Source: Macrostomum hystrix
Lineage: Eukaryota; Animalia; Platyhelminthes
Direction: 5' to 3'
Assembly (NCBI GenBank): GCA_950097015.1
Contig: CATNEN010000038.1
Coordinates: forward strand, 1,240,001 to 1,304,000
Length of the DNA: 64,000 bases
How positions within the stretch are numbered: the stretch's first letter is position 1; each line of letters starts with the position of its first letter. The translations under genes and the position numbers were made by a program. The notes under the pieces are model-generated. The model saw only the letters and a program-made list of their open reading frames with translations. It did not search any database and was not told the DNA's origin. Positions 12,901 through 32,901 of the stretch are shown one piece after another.

Positions 12901-12922
12901 GTATTTTGTTGTTGTTGTTGTT
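9902..12922 (+). mobile_element. RTE-type non-LTR retrotransposon with intact single ORF, (GTT)n tail and 10-bp TSD
   Basis: TSD ATGTTAGCTA at 9892-9901 and 12923-12932; short 3'UTR ending in (GTT)n; single APE-RT ORF. Confidence 0.92.
9915..12872 (+). CDS. APE endonuclease + reverse transcriptase polyprotein (985 aa)
   Basis: APE motifs GTLNCRTL, LQE, GDLNA, LDHVL, SDHR; RT motifs FVDFRKAFDSV, GVLQGDTLAPFLF, YADD, FTYLG. Confidence 0.95.
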   Translation: MPPVSAASESDPPGGAGDREAQRHRALAVPGGRLRLGTLNCRTLKAPWRRTLLVQLAHDLQLDLIMLQEVSIVAEPGLQNEDLGAGWSLLYTSADGRGRGGVGVLIGPRLRQSVHCAPLSPRLLRVDLRLRARCIRLFCAYAPTAAHPDEALAFFEFLAGQLEEMPNRDTLVVLGDLNAVPRRSERSPFVTGRENANTDALEDLLERLDLMSINTRFRKPPARLVTFAGCKRRRRNARGRNATRRLAQLDHVLVRAREHRRVINCDTMAPLALRSDHRLLLCDLRLNDPLYRPPKQRPRRYYRALLDPRVKYQFAGAFAGALGNQREAEYADISTAVRTAAEKTVPLMRPAERTQPVWQSDPTIRQARLKIERLRRSRRPTGDAEEALARLLDTRQQAAVDDAIQSITAAGPDVRSRAVWTAVRTLTGRKRRVALNLAGDTPEERRNELRDFFAGIVNAPSPPLPANFALPTDTALPAEEDFRTSPVTVEDVVRFARRTSGGKALGPDEVPVEALRLRCVASQVTSAMNRVLAGAPAPTEWTVAHIVPIPKKAGTTRKEDHRGISLMSCTAKLFNRLLLDRLQSVLDPYLRYEQNGFRPQRGTVTQILALRRVIEEARIRQSTLIVVFVDFRKAFDSVSRAALPLVLRAYRVPEQLVAAVMSLYRDTRAAVVTADGLSDLFATSSGVLQGDTLAPFLFVLLLDWVLRTALPSAEDGFLLRRRIGRRHDEKRLSVLGYADDLALLSSTVEGAQRQIDRLAEVASSVGLVINTLKTEVLTVPADIPADLTCRGADGQIISLARCQRFTYLGGLVPNVEDDIRRRRGLAWAAYRSIRAVLQSTALPDRQRARLWQAVIETVLLYNAESWTLTATLERQLDSAHSGLLRAAFQADESVGTEALYERAQLQRPSTILRQRRLRLAGHVIRAESYCRQPAQDVLLLTLQGPFRRGQARTRRYVDCLLSDARAPDTASGADHVRALALRRII

Positions 12923-13079
12923 ATGTTAGCTACCTTTATAGCTCTTTAATATTTCATTCAGTGCCTTCAGACAAGACGATAATGTGCTGGTGGCCTTGAA
13001 ACTTTCAAATCTGGTTTCATGCTGAATTAATGAGGCCTGCTTTGAGAGAACTGGCTTTAAGATTTTTTCTGCGTAATAT

Positions 13080-14110
13080 TGAGTATAGTCCACTAGCAAC
13101 TTTTGAAACTTTTCGATACATATCGGATGCTGTCAAATTGCCAGTTTTTAATAATTATTTCGATACATATCGGATGTTTTCTACTAGCCACTTATGAGAC
13201 TTGAAATTAAGAAAATTGAAAATTGATACTTGATTCATGCCCCGAAGACAGAAATATCAGGGGCATATGACTAGATTTAGTACAGTGTGATGACAGCTAC
13301 AGCTATAAAAGTGTGACAGACACAGCTTAAAAAATCCGAGCTTGAGCGTTGCCTGAAAGTTGATCTTCAAGACTTCAAGATTGAGTATCTGCAGCAATTG
13401 CTGACAGACGGAAGTCCAGGCAGATGGACAGTTGGACTTATCTGACTTATCTAAAGCTTAGATTCAAGTTTTAAACTAGGCTTATGGGAGAGCTGTTTGA
13501 TCTCAGCTCCGACAGGAGCCGGATTATGAGCTTTGATGAGAAGCAACACAGGAAAGCAATACTGGGACCAGCGGAACCCGAAATCGTTAAGTGGCCTCGC
13601 GACGAGCCAACCCAACCCGCTGCTGGCTGCCTTTCACAATTATTTCGATACAAATCGGGTATTATTAAGTAGCCACCTTTAAAAATAGTTTCGATACATA
13701 TAGGGTGTTGTCCAGTAGCGTCTTGAGAATTCTTTCAATACATATCGGATGTGTTGCATATGACGCTTTAAAAATATTTTTCGCTTAATATCGGGTTTAG
13801 TTCACTAGACACTAGAGATTTTTACTAGCTCGTATGCCAATAGGATTTAGTCTAATCGTTACTTTTGAGACTTATTTCGATACACATCGGTTGTAGTCCA
13901 CTAGCTACCGTTGACTAGTATTTCGATACATATCGGTTGTAGTCCACTAGCTACCGTTGACTAGTATATATTTCGATACATATCGGGACTAGTCTATCAG
14001 CTCTCTCTGGCTACCATAGAAAATTATTTTGATGTACTAGTATATATCGTGTAGTACAATATATCTACAATTGAGACTTTTCGACACATATCGGGTACAG
14101 AAGCAGCTAC
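13080..14110. repeat. Degenerate ~46-bp repeat with conserved palindromic core TTTCGATACATATCGG (two clusters)
   Basis: Cores at about 13111, 13158, 13643, 13689, 13734, 13779, 13875, 13921, 13971 and 14079. Confidence 0.8.
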
Positions 14111-14802
14111 TTTGCATCACCCGTGGCCGCCAAAATTGCAATTCCGAATTCAGTCGCTGAGCAGGCTTGATCTGGAATGCAGAGGTCAAAGCCAAAAAAA
14201 CGACAGCAAATTTTAAATTATAAATTTTATTCGCTTGCTCAGAGTTCACGCCGGACGATCTCGGCTTTAAATGACGTGCTCTCGGTTTAAGCTTCACATC
14301 CGGAATGATTTGATGCTCTGGCCGCTGAGAACGTTTAATTTAGTTGTCATGAGCAGTCACTGTTATTTCATACTAGCGCTTACTGCGACCTGAATGAGAT
14401 CGCGCTCGAGAGATGTGAAAAAAGGCTCTTTAAAATGCTAATTATACTACTAAGCTAAAGGTCAAGCACAAGTAAGTAGTAAAGGTAGCGGAATTAGATT
14501 AAAATTGTCAAACTATTGCTAAAATAATTTTTTACTTCATGCAATTTTTGAATCTTTGCATTTTTGTTTCGCTAATGGATTTTCAAGTTATATCGGGTGT
14601 GTCGGGTCTGTATCATCAGCCACATGCGTCCAAGTTCGCCTGCCTAGGCCTTTCAGTCTTCTTCTAGGGTAGAAGGTCAGATAAATATTTGGTCAGCATC
14701 TCTATTTGGTCAGAAAAGTCCGGCATAGAGTTATCCCCCCGCTCTACAATTTTCGATTGCCATCTCTTTTCAGAACTCTTTTAGTCTCTTAGCCCCTTAA
14801 TT

Positions 14803-15945
14803 TCCGCTCTCCCCCTCTTCGCCTGTTCCCGCTCTCCCTCTCCGCTCTCCCCCTCTTCGCCCGTTCCCGCTCCCCCTCTCCGCTCTCCCCCTCTTCGCCC
14901 GTTCCCGCTCCCCCTCTCCGCTCTCCCCCTCTCCGCTCTCCCCCTCTCCGCTCTCCCCCTCTTCGCCCGTTCCCGCTCCCCCTCTCCGCTCTCCCCCTCT
15001 CCGCTCTCCCCCTCTCCGCTCACCCCCTCTCCGCTCGCCCCCTCTCCGCTCATCCCCTCTCCGCTCACCCCCTCTCCGCTCATCCCCTCTCCGCTCTCCC
15101 CCTCTCCGCTCTCTCTCTCCACTCTCTCTCTCCGCTCTCTCTCTCTGCTCTCTCTCTCCGCTCTCCCCCTCTCCGCTCTCCCCCTCTCCACTGTCCCCCT
15201 CTCCGCTCTCTCTCTCCGCTCTCTCTCTCCGCTCTCTCTTTCTGCTCTCTCTCTCCGCTCTCCCCCTCTCCGCTCTCCCCCTCTCCGCTCTCCCCCTCTC
15301 CGCTCTCCCCCTCTTCGCCCGTTCCCGCTCCCCCTCTCCGCTCTCCCCCTCTCCGCTCTCCCCCTCTCCGCTCTCCCCCTCTTCGCCCGTTCCCGCTCCC
15401 CCTCTCCGCTCTCCCCCTCTTCGCCCGTTCCCGCTCCCCCTCTCCGCTCTCCCCCTCTCCGCTCTCCCCCTCTCCGCTCACCCCCTCTCCGCTCGCCCCC
15501 TCTCCGCTCATCCCCTCTCCGCTCACCCCCTCTCCGCTCATCCCCTCTCCGCTCTCCCCCTCTCCGCTCTCTCTCTCCACTCTCTCTCTCCGCTCTCTCT
15601 CTCTGCTCTCTCTCTCCGCTCTCCCCCTCTCCGCTCTCCCCCTCTCCACTGTCCCCCTCTCCGCTCTCTCTCTCCGCTCTCTCTCTCCGCTCTCTCTTTC
15701 TGCTCTCTCTCTCCGCTCTCCCCCTCTCCGCTCTCCCCCTCTCCGCTCTCCCCCTCTCCGCTCTCTCTCTCCGCTCTCTCTCTCCGCTCTCCCCCTCTCC
15801 GCTCTCTCTCTCCGCTCTCCCCCTCTCCGCTCTCCCCCTCTCCGCTCTCCCACCTTTCCGCTCTCCCCCTCTCCGCTCTCTCTCTCCGCTCTCTCTCTCC
15901 CCCTCTCCGCTCTCCCCCTCTCCGCTCTCCCACCTTTCCGCTCGC
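14803..15945. repeat. 15-bp polypyrimidine/polypurine satellite (CCCCCTCTCCGCTCT)n upstream of TRPM B
   Basis: Direct tandem repeat with an internal ~460-bp higher-order duplication. Confidence 0.93.
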
Positions 15946-16301
15946 CCATTCCTTCACCTCGAGGGTGGAGAATTCCTTGAGGGTTCTCCCCCCTTAACTC
16001 CAATTCGCTGTACGAAATTCGCTGTCTGCCCATGCGTCCCTTCTCTCACTCTCTCGTGCTCGCATCCGATTGGCCGGAGACTATAGTTGTCAATTATTCG
16101 GGAAGGGTCCTGAGGTAGCGTCGGTTGTGAACGAATTCTCCACATTTATATTCAAAGGAATTCCCTAAAAAAGTGACACAGTTTGAAAATGAGTTTCTCG
16201 CCTTCGCGTAGGCAAGGCGACATTCGCACACAATTTGAATTTTTTGCTTAACAACAAACTTCAGCTTAAACAAACAAAATTTCCTACGCTCTCAGGTTGT
16301 C

Positions 16302-25516
<9,215 letters not shown>

Positions 25517-26022
25517 AAACTTGGATAATGAGGATCGGGGTCGTACTTGGAGAACCGACGTCCTTCAAGTTGTCGTTGATGCTCAGCTCTTTGTGTTGCT
25601 GTGCGATGGAGTTTGACCACAATGAAGAATTCAATTTAATAGTGTTTAAGAGAAGTCCAAGGGCTGCCGATATATTTCTGTGGTTTCTGTAATTTCTTTC
25701 GATCAGAAACACGATAGTCTATATAATAGTGCTGGATGGCACAGGCTGGGAAATTCATTTTAGGCGGTATCAAGAGCGGAAGAATCTCTCAGAAATGAAA
25801 TTTGTAGCTCTTTTGGCTAAGGTTCCTGAGATGCACGTTGATGTGAATATTTCATGCCCCATTTACTTCCGTTTGAAGCTCCCATCCTTTTATACCGAAC
25901 TATTCGTCTTTAGCTTAAATAGCCTGTTAATTTACTCGGTACGTGTTCTCTTGTAGTCTTTATCATCTTATTACGTCGTTACGTCGCTGATAAATGTCGA
26001 GCATTTGCTGGGAAATCGAGAA

Positions 26023-26135
26023 TGGGTGTGGCATCCCCCCAGTCCATGGACTGAACAATCGTACGCATCATTCTTCAGACACGCCGTTCAATAGCTGCGA
26101 CTGTGCAGTCAGTTGCATATCTGGCCCAACAGCGG
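26023..26135 (+). mobile_element. 5'-truncated, diverged copy of SINE family 1
   Basis: GGGTGTGGCATCCCCCCAGTCCATGGACTGAACA...ATCTGGCCCAA aligns to about 3315-3420. Confidence 0.8.
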
Positions 26136-26938
26136 GACACGAGTTATCTAGTAGTTTCATTTTTTAGTAAATTATTCAAGAAAAAAACATTTGTCAAGTG
26201 ATACCGTGCTTTTTGTGGCTCAGTTTTTTTTTTGCTTTTATCAAAGTCACCTTGGCCTCTTCACTATGTCTAGACTCTAGATATACTCATCTGATGGAAA
26301 TGCAACGGATCAGGTTTCCAAAACCGAAAGCACGATTTTTCTGATTTCTGATAGTTAGTTTTTTCTTAGTTCGATTGCGCAAAACGATTGCATCTGTTGT
26401 TTGAGCCTTTTCAATGCTTGAGCACAGACAGTGGCATCGTCCAGGGCTTATCCAGGGGCAAAACAATGCCTCATCACACCTAATAAACTGCCTTCACAGT
26501 TGCACATTTTCACAGAGACAATAACAGAATTAATAAGTTACCCTCGCATATTTTGTGACAGCACTGCGTGCACCTGTCCTTTGGCAGAGCGAAAATAACT
26601 TAAACAAATTAGTCAGATTTCGCTGTCCAGTGCCATTACTCATAATTAAATACTCGAAATGAACCCAAAGTTGGCACTCTGGTTCAAGCTTATATATATA
26701 AATAATTTTTCAGTCATGCAAGAGCACCAGAATTGACTCCATTTGACTTGTTCATCATTCAGAACCAACTATTGCTTATTTCATTACACTGACACTGCGA
26801 AATTGCTTCTTTAAAAAATGGCTTCTTTTAGATGGGAGTTTCTGCAAAACTCCCATCTCCCATTAGGAAAATTGCAGCTTTTTTCTGTAACCTTTTGATC
26901 AACTGTGCTCCGAAAATGTCATGTACTTCAAAGACGGA

Positions 26939-27285
26939 CAATTAGTCAACTGAAAGATTAGCAATTAGTCAACTGATAGATTAGCAATTAGTCAACTGAT
27001 AGATTAGCAATTAGTCAACTGCAAGATTAGCAATTAGTCAACTGAAAGATTAACAATTAGTCAACTGCAAGATTAGCAATTAGTCAACTGAAAGATTAAC
27101 AATTAGTCAACTGAAAGATTAGCAATTAGTCAACTGCAAGATTAGCAATTAGTCAACTGAAAGATTAACAATTAGTCAACTGAAAGATTAGCAATTAGTC
27201 AACTGAAAGATTAGCAATTAGTCAACTGAAAGATTAACAATTAGTCAACTGAAAGATTAGCAATTAGTCAACTGAAAGATTAGCA
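26939..27285. repeat. 23-bp minisatellite (CAATTAGTCAACTGAAAGATTAG)n
   Basis: Direct tandem repeat, about 15 copies. Confidence 0.95.
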
Positions 27286-27425
27286 AAAAATCGTTTCTCG
27301 GATGAAATGTTATATTAAAGGTGATATTAATAGGATGGTTTCGATACGAAATAAAATGTGATTATCAATTATCAATGGGTGGTTATGAATTTTAATTTGT
27401 TTGACTTTAGTTTGACTTTTTCCAT

Positions 27426-28210
27426 GAGCTCGAATACACGGCGAGGCTTCGAGTGAGAATAAATTGTCAGCTTTCTCTGCCTGACGATGAGAAAGTCAGG
27501 GTAGATATACACACCTGTGTGAGTGAGTGCAATCCGAGTGCCCTCGTGTTGCTACCGGAGACGATACAGAGGGCGACGCTGTTCCAGGCGAAGGTCGTGA
27601 TCGTCCAGCTATACAGCTGACAGAGACGCCCGGACGCCCGTTGATTCGCCCGTGATCAAACCCATTGTGGTGGCCTTTAACCGCGAATTTGGCTGCAGAG
27701 GAGAAAAATCTGTGCAGAGCTTCGCCACAGAGCCTGCAGGTGTCAAGCTTGGCCTGCTTGATTCTATGGGCGTAGGCCCCGCAGAGATGTGGTGTGGTCG
27801 TTGCGGAACTTTGCTACTCCGCACGAACTCGAGTTGGTCATTCCTCCACTGCGGTGTACCTGGCCGTAAGTCTGCTTGGACCGCTCGTGTCCATAAAGTG
27901 CAGCGCGTCCCGGCACATCCTGGATTTTCTCATCGCACCCCCTGGCTGCCAGCCAGCCAGCCAGCGGGTTACGGCTATGATCGCCGGGAGCTCCGCCAGT
28001 GTCGATGAGCATCATGGGCCCGTTGGAAGGCTCTCCGCCGCTATTTCGTGGCCGCCACGAATCCTTGGTTGTTAACCGACCCGTCGGACTCCACGCGGCA
28101 GTTGCCACTCCACAACGGGGCGGATCAGGGCGATGTGCGCAGCCATGGCCATTTCCAGCTTACGGTCAGCGTGCGACTTCCAGTCTGCTGTGCTACGAGC
28201 TATATGCTAC
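27426..28210 (+). mobile_element. GC-rich interspersed element whose 5' part is related to SINE family 2 (3' boundary uncertain)
   Basis: AGCTCGAATACACGGCGAGGC and CTGCCTGACGATGAGAA..CAG..AGAT..TACACACCTGT are shared with 51184-51480; no recognisable protein. Confidence 0.5.
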
Positions 28211-28403
28211 GAAATGTTAAAACCAACCCATCCTACTGGTTCCAGATATTACGGCAAGTAGTACAGCTAGCTTCAGAGTCGAGTGATAAGTACTTGCGCT
28301 GACAGGTTCGGGTATTTAAGAGACGAGTTGCTGACGAGTATAGATGCCACGAAACTCGCTTGCTTAGAAACTATTTTGTCAACTGAGTTAGCAGCTAACA
28401 AAC

Positions 28404-29399
28404 ATGAGAAAGCTGGTGCTGGTGCTGTCATTGTCACTATTATGCCGAATTTCTGTCGCCACAATCTCTACAATTCCGTGGATTCCTCAGAGGGACAACC
28501 TGAGTGAGTACAGCCAGCTCAAAACCTGGAGCTTCATCCGATCGGAAGCTGAGTGCCTGGTGCTTTCTAGCCAGCTGCCGCTAGCTCAGGCGGCTTCTTT
28601 CAACGCGGTCGTCGGCACCTGCACGGCGCTTCAGTGCCTGCGGGGACTGTCCGGCTGCAGGAAGTGCAGGAGCGCCAGGAACAGCGGCTTGCCGCTCATC
28701 TGGGTGAGTAACGACAACCCCTTGCCAGAATGTAGTTGAGCATGACGCGGACGAACACCACCTATCACCTACCAGCTGCGGCCTCTGCCCCATGGCAGCA
28801 GCACCTGCTGGACGACAATGCAGCGCCGGGTGGACGCAACCGTCGACTTCAACCGCAGCTGGTCGGATTACGCGGCCGGATTCGGTCAGGGCGAGAACGG
28901 GAACTTCTGGATGGGACTGGAGCCGCTGCACCTACTCACCGAGTCTTCTGGCTGCGGCATTGCCGCTACCTCTGCCAGGTGCCGCATTCGCTGGGAGTTC
29001 AGCGACTGGAATGACACCTGGTACTGGGCTGAGAATCCTAACGCGTACATCGGCAGCGCTGCGGTCAATTACCGGTTGAGCTTGAGCTCATTGGATGCGG
29101 CCAGGTCGAACGTGGCTCAGATCAACGATGTCAACTTTCCTGGTGGCAATCCGTTCTCAACCTTCGATAGGGATAATGACAATTCTCCTCCCGACAATTG
29201 CGCCCGGCTCTTCGGCTGCGGCTGGTGGTTCAGCTGGTGCACTAGCATCAATCCCAACGGCCCCTACGTCACTCCGGGCACGCCCCAATGGCCTGGCCAC
29301 GGCTCCATCTACTACATCTACGCGTACAGCGGCTCCCGAAGCCCGTTCATCACTGACTACTCGATGAAGACGTTCGAGATCCTCCTGACTGTCGCCTAA
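28404..29399 (+). CDS. Secreted fibrinogen-related protein (signal peptide, PAN/apple-like module, FBG/FReD domain); exons 28404-28703, 28776-29399 (~307 aa)
   Basis: WTTMQRRVDATVDFNRSWSDYAAGFG, FWMGLEPLH, FSTFDRDND, GWWFSWC; hydrophobic N-terminus; phase-0 intron. Confidence 0.88.
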
Positions 29400-31992
29400 A
29401 GATCGGAGCTGGAGCTGGAAATTGGCACAGTTCTCTTTGAAAACACAAGCACGGTTGACGCTGTACTTTTCCGGGAGGCAGAGCTGATTGTTTCTTTGGA
29501 TCGATGACGAATTTTGTTTTAATCAGATATTCGGAATTTTGTAACCGACTTTAAGCTAACCAAAACGATCGAATCGGAGTTTTAAAAAGCGCTTTAAAAG
29601 TGCCAATTTTCGTTTTAATTTAAAATATTCTTATTCCCTCCTCTTTTCGGATTTTTGAGTCTGTAGTTGTTACATGCTCCTTTTCCTAACATTTTTTATT
29701 TGAACTTTGTTTAAATTCTACTTTTGTTTATTCGGATGCTTTTACGAGTTTACTTTAAATCAAATATATTTCCACATCTTAGCACTGAAATAGGCGCCAA
29801 CTTCTTGCATAAAGTTAAAAGCACAATTGATTCATAAGAGCTTTGTTAATTGACAGTAAAAATTGCTAGTAAAATACTAATGATAACACAGGAGTTCGAC
29901 AATTGCATAAAGATGTTTTTCCAGGGCAGCAGCCATCCCACAACCTGAAAAATTATTGCAGAATATATTTGTTCCTTCGATACACATTCGTTCCTTAGCC
30001 CCCCTTCGATACCTTAACCCACTCCTTTGATAGCCATTCCTAGAGTTCGATCTTCGTTGTTGTTGCTTTTTTCGTCGTCGTCGTTGTTGTTGTTGTTGTT
30101 GTTGCTGGTTGGTTGGTTTCGATACTTTCACTACTTCGATACCAAAAAGCGTATTCTTTCGATTGTCATTCCTTTAAGAAGGTTAAATCTGTTTAAAAGC
30201 ATAATTATTAAATATCGATGACTCATTCTGGATTCCAACTTTAGAAAGTCAATCCTAATATATTACTAAATTTTCCGCTCCGGCGCCACGTAGAATTTTT
30301 TCTGTCTGTATTTCGACGAGTCCATTAATGTTGCGATGAATTCGAACGAAACAAAAGAAACAATATGATTTAGCACACCTGCTTGGTGTTGTCGTACTGC
30401 GAGACAGGACACGCTATAATAATCTCGTTGAATCGTCAGTATTTGCTCATTATACTAAGTCAGCAGTGTGCGCAACGCATACAAAAAAACAACAAAGAGA
30501 TGCTTAACAGCGAAACTGTTTTTTTATGGGAAACAGTTTCATTCGTATCATGAGAGCTACACGTAAAGGGTATTTAACCCTCTAACGATTTCTGGGGTCC
30601 AGTGGACCCCATGGGCATTTTAAAATTACGTTGCGACGGAACCACTGAATAAAATTGGCTCAAATTTTTTGAGAATTCATATATTTATACCATCTACAAG
30701 TGGGTGGAATTTTTTGTCAATCGGACTAACGGATCAAAAGTTGTTTGTAGTTATTTTGTTCCGGACTTTTGGGGTCCTATTTAAATTAATAGTCAATACA
30801 GTAGTCAATGCACCTACATACGCTCGTAGATGGTTGGTTCATATCAAATGGGGCGATTAAAATAATCCTCGAGTATTTCTCTTCTATATATTATAATACC
30901 ACATAATCTGCTATATGTATGCACTTCGGTGTGTTTTTTTCTGCTCGATATATCTTCCGTCAGAATGGCAGACCACTTGCAGTTGTAAATCCAGAACATT
31001 GTATGAAAAACAGACAACTCGTATAATATTTATAGGGCAAAAGTTTTTCCAACCCGAAAGTATGTTATAAACTTAGTGAGTAATACTGAAGATTAAAAGA
31101 TACTGAAGATACTTGAAGATACTGAAGAAGCTAAAAAAGATTGAAAAGTGTAAATAAAATTTGTTTTTATGTGCACTATCTGTTTGAGTACATTGTCAAC
31201 GTTAAAATTAAAAATGTATATAGAATTATATGTTTTTTTTGTTTTCCAAAATGTTGATCTAAGGCCACTTGTATTAGTCTATTTGTATTAGAAAATAGCA
31301 GTAATAAGTAAGAATGAGCTCAAGCTATGTAGCAACTACTTCTGTAAACGTAAGTTCATTTAATCAGTAATATTTTGTCTTGATCTAATGCTTTTTAATT
31401 TTCTTCTGTTTCTTCAGTAAAAGAAAGTACTAAATTAAAGTAAGATTGATGTCTAAACTTCAAAAACATTTCTGCGATGAGTTTGTGCAGAATGAATTAT
31501 AATTACCTTCTTCTGGTAAATAAAAAATCGAATGCAATACAATATAAATGAGTATTAAATTTGATAGGAATGTCTATTCAGGTCAGAATTCGAATTGCCT
31601 ATTTGGCCTTCCTGAAACATGTACACAGAATAATTGAATGCTCATTAATGCTTAATGGCAATATCATCCACAACGGCCATTTTAATAGCCTTTCCTAACA
31701 CAGTATACTTACTTACATCTCTACATAAAACATTTTTGTAATGAAATATCGAGGAAATAACCACAGCTCTTTACAAGGTAAAAAGTAAAAAAAAATGTGC
31801 CAGCTAACTCATAGTATGATAAATTTTCAATTTTAATTAAAATAAATAAATTTTCATAATTTTTTACATAAAACTTGGTTTTGACTTCTCACTTTTGGTT
31901 GAAAATGCGAACTCGTAATATAGATATAGATAGGGCAAGCAAACTATGAAGCAAACAATATTCTAGGAAATCCCTGACCATTTGATTCCCAG

Positions 31993-32901
31993 TTGGATCT
32001 ATTCAATCCGACGCAAGCCCAGCAGACTCGCTCGACACTCAGCTACGCCATCAATCTATTCGATGTGCTACCCCTGCCGGCGCTACTCATAGTAGTATGC
32101 GTAGTTTACGCGGCTGTTCTGATTCTATTCCGCTTCGTGGCCTACCGGGTAGTCAGCGGCGCTGGGCAGCCCTCCTCGGAGCCGCGCGGCGCCGGGCTGT
32201 TCCACGCCTGCTGCCTGTGCTGCGTCAACTGCAACGACCGCTGCGGCGCCGCCTGCGACCACAAAGGCACCCTGGCCGGCTGCGCCAACGGCGTTTGTCC
32301 GCACAGGCGCAGCGGCGTCCTGTTTTCTGATGTCATGCTCTGCCACCAGTGCGAGGTGAGTGCCGTGCGAAGAGCATCACCGTGGGACACCGGCTGGGCA
32401 TGCGGATGTAGAGAAGACAAGGAAACAGTGGGAAGAAGAGGGGCAGATTTGAAAGAAGAGGGGGTAGATTTGAAAGAAGAGGGGGTAGATTTGAAAGAAG
32501 AGGGGGTAGATTTGAAAGAAGAGGGGGTTGATTTGGAAGAAGAGGGGGTAGATTTGGAAGAAGAGGGGGTAGATTTGAAAGAAGAGGGGGTAGATTTGGA
32601 AGAAGAGGGGGTAGATTTGAAAGAAGAGGGGGTAGATTTGGAAGAAGAGGGGGTAGATTTGAAAGAAGAGGGGGTAGATTTGAAATAAGAGGGGGTAGAT
32701 TTGAAAGAAGAGGGGGGCAGATTTGGAAGAAGAGGGGGGAGATTTAACGTTTAATAAACGGAATCCGCCAATTCTGTCCCACAGCGCAAGACCGTGAACT
32801 GCTGCAGCGCTGACTGCGATGACTGCATGTGCTTCTGCTTCGAGTGCCGCTTCAGGAAAGGCGGCGGCGGCCTGCTAGCTTCTGGAGCCGCTGACGACTA
32901 A
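31993..32901 (+). CDS. Small single-pass membrane protein with Cys-rich tail; exons 31993-32355, 32785-32901 (start not defined)
   Basis: Acceptor at 31991-31992, TM segment LPALLIVVCVVYAAVLILF, CCLCCVNC...CMCFCFEC, phase-0 intron, GC-rich codon usage. Confidence 0.72.
32432..32745. repeat. Intronic 21-bp minisatellite (GAAGAGGGGGTAGATTTGAAA)n
   Basis: Direct tandem repeat; source of the spurious EEGVDLK ORF tail. Confidence 0.93.

Noticed and set aside
13320-13672. Coding-like fragment (QLKKSELERCL... / MGELFDLSS...)
   Set aside because: Short and interrupted, with no recognisable family or coherent exon structure.
13640-14110. CRISPR-like repeat-spacer array
   Set aside because: The spacers are mutually homologous (two are near-identical), the repeats are degenerate, there are no cas genes and the context is eukaryotic. 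It is a decayed minisatellite.
27478-27510. Hammerhead ribozyme (CTGACGATGAG)
   Set aside because: No correctly placed GAAA core or stem II/III and cleavage triplet could be built; it folds as a simple hairpin.
30574-30790. piggyBac-like end (TTAA|CCCT with GGGGTCCAGTGGACCCC palindrome)
   Set aside because: No matching opposite terminus or convincing transposase was found, so it is too weak to call.
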